Source: Podarcis bocagei (lineage: Eukaryota). Taken from it: DNA of 64,000 nt. The notes under the pieces were generated by a model. It saw only the letters and a program-made list of their open reading frames with translations. It ran no database searches and was not told the origin of the DNA. Position 1 is the first letter of the stretch. Each line of letters starts with the position of its first letter. Of the stretch, positions 1-9,959 are shown piece by piece. Location of the stretch: the NCBI GenBank assembly GCA_964188305.1, contig OZ076892.1; one strand, written 5' to 3'. A program made the translations under genes and the position numbers.

Positions 1-429
1 GGTGGTGCAAAGGCATGAAGGCTCTTACGTTCTTAGCCATTGCCAGGGGGATTGATGCTGCAGTGGCAGGTATGAGTCATGCAATCTCAAAGAATCAGTG
101 ACTTACTGAAACGGTGTTGCTACCTGAAGAATTAATGATAGCGGCACGTTCTTCATGGGGAAACCACAGGGTCTGGAGAGGCCCCCAGTTGCACTAAGGA
201 GCACAAAACTGAGGATTTGCACAACAGCAGCTTAAGGGTTGTCCATGTAATAGCCATTGACAGGTCAGGAGTGTGTCACATTCTTCAGGAGCGAATTGTT
301 ATGGAGCCAACAGGCACCATCCCAGCTCAAGAGGAAGCTATCAGTAGGCATGGGTGGAACCTGAAGTTTGCAGAAGTACAAGAAAAACCTGCAGAAAAAG
401 TTGAAACTCAGAAATACAATTTGATTTGG

Positions 430-800
430 AGTTTAATACTAGCCTAATGAATTTGCAAAATTTGCAAAACTTCAATATCCTTCAAAGTTTGCACTTCTCT
501 GAATTTTGTGGCACAGTTCTCTAACCAAATAACATGTACAAAGGTATGCTTATTAGGCAAAGGTAAGCAAAACATGCACATATTAGTGGAAATAACATTA
601 TAGTGGGGAAAACTGAGTGCATATTAAGAGAAAATTGCACCAAAGTGCTTGGGAATTTTCACGAGGCCTTTATTTGGGGCAGCGGGTAGTTTTCTTTTAA
701 CTCCTCAAACAGATGCAGAAATGTAGAGAAATGAACTTAAGACTGAAAAACCAGAACCTGAGAGAAACTGAAATGGACAAATCTTTCCATCCCTAGCATA
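430..800. repeat. AT-rich interspersed repeat of unknown class; related copies at about 30545-31135, 46150-46520 (opposite strand) and 62220-62340
   Basis: Shared motifs tttgcacttctctgaa, atattagtg(g/a)aaataacat and aaattgca across copies. Confidence 0.55.
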
Positions 801-2485
801 GGAGAACAGCCACACGAACCTACTCCCTGGGTGGACTGAATCCCATCGGTGTTAAATCTGCCTGCCTGATAATGATAATTTTATTATTTGTACCCTGCCC
901 ATCTGACTAGTTGCCCTAGTCACTCTGGGCAGCTTCTAACAATACACACACACACACACACACATATATGAACACAGCGAAGCATGTGTACTCTGGTACA
1001 CAACAATCCATTCTTGCAGGAGAGACCTCACTTTGTGTCATGGTGACATGGCCACTGAGCTTCTTCCGGGCCCATTTTGTCCAATCAGTAGGTCGTAAAC
1101 AGCTTATCTGAGGCGTGCCAGGCATCTGGGACTAGCTGCCATTGAAATTTCCCACCATACCCCTGACGTAGTATTGCTCTCGGGCATTGTGGGGGATTTA
1201 AATGGCAGATTGGCCACCTAGTGCTGTTCACAGAACGGGGCTGGAAAACAAAATTAAAGGGGAGGCAAAGGAGGGAGATGTCAGTAGTGGACCTTGCCAT
1301 GGTACTGGGGGCCCAGCAAGTGCCCAAGGATGCCGGGTGCTGATGCTGGCCCTGCACTGATGCTTCCAATATCAGAGCTAATGGTGGGTGGGTGTGACCA
1401 GAAATCAGCTCCACTATCGGTGATAATGTTGGGAGGGAATCAGCTCAGCGAAACCGTCCTTTCCCTAGATAGCAACACTTTATTCTCACCTGCAATACCG
1501 AGAAGAGACGAGCCTTTCTCTCCAGGTCCCTTTGAGCGTTGAGGGCCCTTGAGCTCAGGAAGGATAACGACAAGATGTTCCCATTTTTGCAGACATTTCT
1601 CCCCCGCTAACACCCAATAAAATAAAACAAGAATCCTACCTTTCTCTCAAAGGAAAAAGAACCTTGAAGGCATTCAGGCCCAGCTCTCCCATGAGAACTC
1701 AATCGTGCACTACTTTCCTAGCTTTATTTTTGTTTTTCAACCATTTCCCCACCAAAAACCCGCAAATCCCTTTGAGACGACCCATCTTTCAAGGTATCTT
1801 TTTTCCCTCCCTCACTCCCATTGATATCACCTGCCCTTACCGCTGAAGAGCGCTTGTTTGCCTGTTTAAAGAAAGAAAAGAAAAGAAAGTGGGGGGGGGG
1901 ATAAAGGATGCACACATAGGATGCAGCATCATTAACAATTCTTTAATACATACAAGCAAATCTGGCAACTTTAAATCATGTTTCTTTCTTTGAAACACGC
2001 TACAGACTGTCTTTCCCACTTTCTACTTAGCAAATCTTCATAGAGTTTTTAATACTCTTTCTCCTTTTGCCATGATCAAAGGAATCGCTCTCCGTTTGCT
2101 TGTTCCTCTGATAAGTGATAAAAGATGTCAGTGAGACTAATGAGAACTCCCTCCAGCTCCCTTCATAAAGCCCCTGTAGAAAAGGAAAATCACAATGCAT
2201 CATCAAACCTTTTAGGGAAGGGAGGGGGGAGAGGGAAATGCTAGGTACAAAGGCAATGGGAAGCAGAGTATTTTGGGTGGGGGCTTTTGCAAAAGGGGGG
2301 GGGAAGATAACAGTGAAAAGAAACTAAATTCTGACCAAGAAGCTCAATTTAGATTTTAAAAAAAAAGTGGGGAGGGGGAACCAATAGGATCCTTGGCTAG
2401 ACTGTTCATAGGCCAGTTAGTTGTTGTCTTAAAACAAAATGCCCCTATATTGCTTTTTTATTTTATAAAAGCAGTAAGATAAGGT

Positions 2486-3532
2486 CAAAGGCTTTGACTG
2501 TCTCGACCACAGCAAACTATGACATGTTCTTAAAGAAATGGGAGTGCCTCATCTGTCTCCTGAGAAATCTCTATGTGGGACAAGAAGCTGCAGTCAGAAC
2601 TGGATATGGAACAATTGATTGGTTCAAAATTGGGAAAGGAGTACGGCAAGGCTGTATATTGTCTCCCTGCTTATTTAACTTATATGCAGAAATCATCATG
2701 CGAAAGGCTGGACTGAATGAATCCCAAGCCGGAATTAAGATCGCCGGAAGAAATATCAACAACCTCAGATATGCAGATGACACAACTTTGATGGCAGAAA
2801 GTGAGGAGGAATTAAAGAACCTCTTAATGAGGGTGAAAGAGGAGAGCACAAAATATGGTCTGAAGCTCAACATCAAAAAAACTAAGATCATGGCCACTGG
2901 TCCCATCACCTCCTGGCAAATAGAAGGGGAAGAAATGGAGACAGTGAGAGATTATACTTTCTTGGGCTCCATGATCACTGCAGATGGTGACAGCAGTCAC
3001 AAAATTAAAAAATGCCTGCTTCTTGGGAGAAAAGTGATGACAAACCTAGACAGCATCTTAAAAAGCAGAGACATTACCTTGCCAACAAAGGTCCGTATAG
3101 TAAAAGCTATGGTTTTCCCAGTAGTGATGTATGGAAGTAAGAGCTGGACCATAAAGAAGGCTGATCGCCAAAGAATTGATGCTTTTGAATTATGGTGCAG
3201 TCCCATGTACTGCAAGAAGATCAAACCTCTCCATTCTGAAGGAAATCAGCCCTCACTGCTCACTGGAAGGAGAGATCCTGAAGCTGAGGCTCCAATACTT
3301 TGGCCACCTCATGAGAAGAAAAGACTTCCTGGAAAAGATCCTGATGTTGGGAAAGATTGAGGGCACAAGGAGAAGGGGACGACAGAGGACGAGAAAGTTG
3401 GACAGTGTTCTCGAAGCTACTAACATGAGTTTGACCAAACTGTGGGAGGCAGTGGAAGACAGGAGTGCCTGGCGTACTCTGGACCATGGGGTCACGAAGA
3501 GTCAGACACAACTAAATGACTAAACAACAACA
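2486..3532 (+). mobile_element. BovB (RTE clade) LINE, 5'-truncated
   Basis: RT ORF with GVRQGCILSPCLFNLY and NLRYADDTTL; (CAA)n tail; 10-bp TSD AAGATAAGGT at 2476-2485 and 3533-3542; small internal deletions cause frameshifts. Confidence 0.95.
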
Positions 3533-3705
3533 AAGATAAGGTGGTTTTCAGCACTAGCCCTACCCAGGGTAGAGCCCATGAAGTTAATTAGTACGTAACT
3601 TAGGTGCATTAATTTCAATGGGACTACTCTGAGTAGGACTTAGTTCAATACCGTTCAAAGCTTGCTAATGAATCAGGGTGATGATGTCACTGGCTTATGC
3701 CAGTA

Positions 3706-3936
3706 CAGTGGTACCTCGGATTACAGATGCTTCAGGTTACAGACCCTTCAAGTTACAGACTCCGCTAGCCCAGAAATAGTACCTCGGGTTAATAACTTTG
3801 CTTCAGGATGAGAACAGAAATTGCACAGCGGTGGCAGGAGGCCCCATTAGCTAAAGTGGTGATTCAGGTTAAGAACAGTTTCAGGTTAAGAATGGACCTC
3901 CAGAACGAATTAAGTTCTTAACCTGAGGTACCACTG
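3706..3936. mobile_element. Tc1/mariner (Tigger-like) MITE, copy 1
   Basis: TIR CAGTGGTACCTC / GAGGTACCACTG with TA on both sides; three copies in the window. Confidence 0.9.
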
Positions 3937-4154
3937 TACAAAAGAAAAAGCCCTCAGGTAACCAAAAGTGGCATCTGAAAAGAGAGTAAATGCTAGGTCA
4001 TGAATGGGGAAGCTGTGGTCCTCCAAATTCTTGGGTTTTAAAATATATATAGTTGTTCAGTTTATAGCTTGGAAGATGAATCTATCCACTCCCTCCACCA
4101 CCCATTCTGTCTCATCCACACACCACTAGCATTGCTTTAAAAGAGTAAATAAAA

Positions 4155-4350
4155 TGCACAGAGGTCCCATTAGTAAAGAAAAAAGATTCTTTGCTTACAG
4201 TTTCTTCATATTTACAAGGATGGCTTTAGTTTCTAAAGCCTACATGGCGAGAGGTGGTTTCATGGCTGCCTCGTGCAGGAAGGAGGGAGAAGGCAAAGGG
4301 ACAAGATGAAGGGGCGGAGCTTGAGGGATTAGTAGGAAACCCCAAAGTGT
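4155..4350. repeat. Interspersed repeat, second copy at about 26665-26910
   Basis: Both share gaggtcccatt..taaag, tttcttcatatttacaaggatggct, gcctacatggc and tttcatggctgcctc. Confidence 0.7.
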
Positions 4351-6309
4351 TTTTTCTCCTGTTTATGTCTCACCACTACCCTCTACTGACCGGAGGCATG
4401 CAAGGTTGCTTATAGCCAACACAGATATCATTGAACTATCACACCCTTCATGCCTGAAAATTGGATGGGTTAGCCAGCGCTGCTGTGAGCTGGAGTCCAA
4501 CAATGTCTGGATGGTCACAGGTTCCCAACCATTGCTTTAGATTCTGCTTGGCTGTATCCATGAAATGCCATATCCAACCTAAACCTGGCCCACGCCCTTA
4601 AAGGTACACTGAGTTGAACTTAAGTCAAGTACAACCCTATAATTTAAGCAGATAAACTTGGGGAACTGTGGGAAACTCCCAGCAGCCTCAGCCATCATGG
4701 CCAATTGTCAGGAATGAAGGGAGATCAACAATAGCTAGAATTCACCACACTTGATACCCCTGTTCTAGACCCTTTCAAGCTCCTTGTTGGCTTTACTTGG
4801 CACAGGCCCACCTAGGCAACCAATATCACCACCACGGCCACCATTTTAGTTAGGAAAACAAAAGCAGAAATGGCCCCAGGTCTCTAGTTCTTTTTTTGTA
4901 GAATATTTCCTTGACCTCAGATGACATCTGAGCAACACAAAGAATCAATGTAATGGCTGAACCAGACATTTAACTGCTAAGCTAAACACCAGACAGGGCT
5001 GGTGAAAGTGGAAGCAGCAGCCTATTCCTTCAGCAGAGGTCTGCAATGCAAATATACAGCAGAGGAAACGTAGTTCACCACAACACATAGTTAAACTACG
5101 GAGTCTGCTCCAACAAATTGATGTGATGGGCACCAATGCGGTTGGCTTAAACCAAGGCCAGCCCAGTATGTTTTGCAGCTTGAGGCCCCCATGGGGCTCA
5201 CAGAGCTCCTTTAATGTCCTGGGGGAGAAAGCAGACCGGAGCTATGCACTGTTCTGCCCAAGGTATCTTCTATTGGTAAGTACGGATTGGCAGTTAACTA
5301 GAGGCTATTACCAGGCCTGGGGAATCTCAGGGTCTCCAGAGGTGGGGAATCAGAATGTAGCCCTCTGAGAATCCTCCTTATCTGGTCCATGGGACTCTCT
5401 CCAGGTCACCCCTTCCTCAGTCGCACCTTCTCTCTCCAGGACAAACCCCTCGCCGACCTTACTTCTTTGAATGTTTTGCCTGGCTGGAACACGTCCCTGA
5501 CCTCTGATGATTTCTTTTCCTCACCTGGATGGAGGATAGAGAGGGGTGTGAGAGTATGTATGGAAACTAGCCTGCTGTATAAAGGTAAAATTGTCATCCT
5601 TTGCCCACCCCACTTTTGCCACTGGCCCAACCTGCCACTCACATGTGGCCCCCAGAAGGCTTCCCAGAAGGGAGTGTGGCCCTCAGGCTGGAAAAGGTTC
5701 CCCACCCCTAATCTACGTATACTTACCTCCAAGCTACAAACAGCTTTGCAAGCTCATTTCTGCTGATCAATACTGTGGCACAGGGTGCAAGAGCAGGCCA
5801 CACCCTGGTCAGTTGGCAGCTCTGGGTTGCCTGCATGCTTCTTGTCTGCTCCTTGTCCCTGACCCCACCTGAGGTCCTTCCTTCATTTTGGGAATTTTTC
5901 AGTGGCTGGACCAAATTACCCAGGTAGAGGGGCATGGCGGGAGGGCAGGGGTAGAGATCTGCAGTATGAATAGGGTGGGAAAGCTGGCAATTCCAACAAT
6001 GTCCTTTAAAAGGATGTATTAAACTCAAATTCTTTGGAAAAATTAATACGCCACATACGGTGCGGTGAGAAACTTGAAGCAATTTGGAGCAAGGAGGGCC
6101 ATTAGAGGCTTTAAGCTCATTATACAAAGCAAAGCATCTTTGGGGGGATTTTTATAAGGAAACCTATTATACTCGCAGAGGAGAGCAAATTATTAAGGAT
6201 TGGGAACAGATGTGGGGGAGGAGAGGCTCCCAACTGTGGGCACGTTTAATGCTTCCATTTTTGCAGTTGGATTGGAAGAACAGAGCATGCCAAAAAAGTT
6301 CAACAACAA

Positions 6310-6872
6310 ATGAAGAAAGGGGCAACCAAAATTATCATGGAGATAGAGCGATTCCCTTACAAAGGACTTTTTAGTTTAGCGAGAAAAAGAAAGGAAGAGG
6401 TGACATGATAGAAGGATATTTTAAAAATGCATGGTGCAGAGAAAGTTGATGGAGAAAAGTTTTTCTCCCTCTTTCGTAACACTAGAATTCATGGACATCC
6501 AGTGAAGATGAATGTTGGAAGATTCAGGAGAGATAAAAGAAAGAACTTCTTCACACAACACACACTCAAACTATGGAACTTGTTCCCACAGGAAACAGCC
6601 ACGGCCACCAAATGGGATGACTCTAAAAGTGGATTGGACAAATTCATGAAGAAGAGGGCTATCAATGGCTACTAGCCAGGATGGCTATGTTGCCTCCAAA
6701 GCTGAAGGCAGAAATGCTTCTGAATACCAGTTGCTGGAAACCACAGGAGGGCAGAGTGTCCCTGTGCTCCTGGCCAGCTTGCAGGCTTCCCATTGTGGCC
6801 ACTGTGAGAACAGGATGCTGGACTAGATGAGCCTTGGCCTGATCCAGAAGGCTCATCTTATGTTCTTATGTT
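6310..6872 (+). mobile_element. CR1 LINE 3' end
   Basis: Degraded ORF2 C-terminus (EKFFSL..NTRIHGHPVK...GLDKFM) and 3' UTR ending in CTTATGTTCTTATGTT. Confidence 0.85.
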
Positions 6873-8444
6873 CCTATCCCTATGTTCAGAAAGTTGCAAC
6901 TCATCAGTCATACTGAAAATACTCTGCCCGTGCTCAGAAGCCCTGCTATTTGCATTCCTCTATCTGGCACATTCCAGAGCTGAGTCCCAGTCCTGAAACA
7001 AGATCCTGGTGGTTCTAAATGCTCAAATCCGGCTAAAACCTTTTCTATTCTCACTCCCCCCCCAACCTCTCATTTCTCAAGTGAGAATGATGACATTTCT
7101 GTTTCTTTCTCTACATCTACCCCCTTTTTTTCTTCCCTGATTTTTCTTCCTCTTCTCTTTAAAAGGGAAGAGCTGGCCTCTTCCTGCCTCTTCTCTTCCC
7201 CCATTCCCCTTCTCATTTCTATATGATTTGACTCTTATATATTTTATAGTACCCGAGGCAGTCACTTTGCAGGCCTCCTGCTGAGTAAATCGCCCTTCAC
7301 AGAGAAAGATCTTCCTGTCAATGACAGACGAGAGGTGCCAGCAGCGGCTGAGGAGGCTTAAAAAACCCATGAGTTGGCAAATCAGCAGGTATCTGTGTGC
7401 TGTTCTGGGTCCGCCCCTAGAATTAGTTCCTATCTTGTATCAAAGGAGCTTTCCTTCTTTTTTTTAAAAAAAAGTACAAGTACAAAAAGGAATGGTGGGG
7501 CCTAGAGGCTGTGTTTCAGGTTAAAAGACAAGAGCGTGGTATTTGCCTTCCTTTAAGAATTCACTTTTTTATTATTAAAAAAGGAAAATAAAAAAATACT
7601 AACACCAGCAGTTTGCTCTTTTACTTGTTTTGTTTTTCTTGTTCACTTAAAAAAAATCCTGAGAGATTGCCGAGGCAACAGGTTTGCTGAAGCTTCACTC
7701 ATGCTAGGCCATGTCCGCATGAAACATCTAAAACAGTATCACACTGCTTTAAACGGCCACGGCTTCCCCCAAAGATGCAAAATGGAACCTTCCAGACCCC
7801 TCTGATTGGCCCTTGGGATGCTGCCCTCTCCTTAAACCACACTTCAAATTCTTTTGTCCGTTCTCGAATTATGATAATGCCTCTTGCTTGCCTGGAGAGC
7901 AGATTTGTGTATTATGGCAAGCATGGAAACATCTGGCTGAATGTAGCTTTCCATACAAAGGTAAGAGTTGCTTTTTTGCTCCACCTACTTTGGCCACTGG
8001 CTCCACCCACCAGTGTCATGTGGCCCCCAGAAGGGAATGTATGGCCCTCAGGTCCTAGAATATTCCACACACCCTGCCTATGTGCAGTGGAAAGAAGATT
8101 GTCACTGTTTGCTTATAGAAGGTGTATGTATGGTGTTCAACACAGTAATACTGAGCCACAAGATACTTCCTTTCAGTCAACCCACAAACACCTGGGATTG
8201 GGCATTTCAGATGTGAAGGTTTGAGGATTGCAGCAACTCTAGGAAGAAGTGAGGCTGTGGGGTTGGCGAGGCAGAAGGCTGAAGAGGCAATGCTATTAAC
8301 CATTTGGACAGTGTATAGTTCTGGTTGCCTCGCTTCAAAAAGGATATGGCAGAGCTGGAAAAGTGTAGACTGATAAGATTCAGTCTGCAGGAGGCTCTCA
8401 CCTGCAGAGCACAGTGTTCAGCTGGGAATATAAGGAGTGAGATT

Positions 8445-8727
8445 ATATTTTAGGTCTCCTGGTCCTGAGATGTATAGGACTTTGTACACCAAAACCAGCA
8501 CCCTGAACTTAGCCAGGCAGCTACGGTAATTGTTAGACAGTACAATTCTTTCAACAGTAACATGTTGGTGATATCATGCCTCAGTGAGCAGCAGAGCCAT
8601 CACATTTTACACCAGTTGCAGCTTCCAGACCAACGTTAAAGGCAGTCCCACATGCAACATATGGCAGTAGTCCAGCCTGGAGGTTACCAGTGCATGCACA
8701 GCAAAGGCCAAGCTATCGTGGTCCAGA
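8445..8727 (-). mobile_element. Degraded LINE (L2-like) fragment interrupted by the Gypsy element; resumes at about 12340-12390
   Basis: Resembles the reverse strand of squamate L2 ORF2 (gcagtagtccagcctggaggttaccagtgcatg...ccagccaaagctggtaaaa); recognised from memory. Confidence 0.55.
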
Positions 8728-8733
8728 ACTGAA

Positions 8734-8979
8734 GTTATGTACTGAAGTTCTCACCCTGGGCCAACAGGGGGATACTGTAGATAGTTTTCACTCAGGTCCA
8801 CGTCAGTTATTTTAGACGGGAAACCCTGGGTTGTTGTTGCTACAATGTTGACAGCCGGCTGCCTATAAAAGCAGGCCGGCTGAGCTGTTTGCTGTTCAGT
8901 TTCTGTTCCAGCTTACAAAATAAAGAGCTGCTTTGGAGAAATCGCTGTGTAGTCTGCCATGTCTACCCACTATTCAACA
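8734..8979 (+). repeat. 5' LTR of the Gypsy element
   Basis: TATAAAA at 8864-8870, AATAAA at 8919-8924, ends AACA just before the PBS. The start reads (A)GTT rather than TGTT, so the left boundary is approximate. Confidence 0.8.
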
Positions 8980-8980
8980 C

Positions 8981-8998
8981 TGGCGACGAGGATGGGAT
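8981..8998 (+). promoter_or_regulatory. Primer-binding site, tRNA-Ser(GCU)
   Basis: TGGCGACGAGGATGGGAT is the reverse complement of the 3' 18 nt (ATCCCATCCTCGTCGCCA) of vertebrate tRNA-Ser(GCU) as recalled; it starts 1 nt after the LTR end. Confidence 0.88.
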
Positions 8999-9147
8999 CG
9001 ATGGACCTCAGAGCACAGCCAGATGCAGCCACCTCTGAGCAGAGCTGAATCACTGAGCGAAATCACTGAACAGAACCAATTCAGAGCTGACTGTTCTGGC
9101 TAGAGCACGGTGTTCCATCCATCGCCCTTCACGCCGGCATCGGAATC

Positions 9148-9952
9148 ATGGCTTCACTTGTGCCTCTACCGCCGTTTGCGCCAGCCTCTGAATCATGGGA
9201 CTCCTACCTCGCTCGGTTCGACTGCTACCTCCAAGCCAACGAGCTGACGCAAGTATCACAGGAGCGTAAGCGGGGCCTATTCCTTAGCCTCTGTGGGCCT
9301 GAGGTGTTTGAGACGGCCCGAGCATTGGTTGCGCCTGAAGCAGTCCAGGCAACACCGTGGGACACGATCCAAGAGAAGCTCCGCAACCACTATGCACCAA
9401 AGCCGTCCAAGATTGCTGCCTGCCATGCGTTCTACCACCGGAACCAGGCAGAGGGGGAGTCAATCAACAACTACACCACCGCCGTGCGACAGGCTGCAAT
9501 GCACTGCTAGTTCCAAGACTTAGACGATGCCCTGATGGATCGAATCATCTGCGGGGTCCGGGACATCCATCTGCAATGGCGTCTCCTCGCCAAGCCAGAC
9601 CTCACGCTACAGAAAGCCATTGAGGAGGCTGTGGCCTCAGAAGCTGCTGAACGCTCCGCCCAGGAGATCCGCAAGTCCAGCAGCCCGCGTCTTGCTAGGA
9701 AGCCAGTTCCAGTGCATCATGAAGAGGCCAGCAGTGATGAGGCATCCTCCAGTGAAGACGATGACATGCACCAGACAAAGCGGGAGTGCAGGAAGTGCCA
9801 ACAGAAGTCCAAGGGCCAACCGGAATGTGCCGGCTGCGGAGGCAACCATTCCCGTGCCAAGTGTCGATTCAGAGACGCCATCTGTAGGAAGTGTTCCAGA
9901 AGGGGCCACATTGCTAAGGTCTGCCGATTGGCTCCGCCTGACACCCCCCCCC
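9148..9952 (+). pseudogene. Gypsy gag, disrupted
   Basis: MASLVPLPPFAPASESWDSYLARF... with an in-frame TAG at 9508-9510. The same frame continues to knuckles CAGCGGNHSRAKC and CRKCSRRGHIAKVC; the frame changes at the C9 run 9944-9952. Confidence 0.88.
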
Positions 9953-9959
9953 TTCACCG

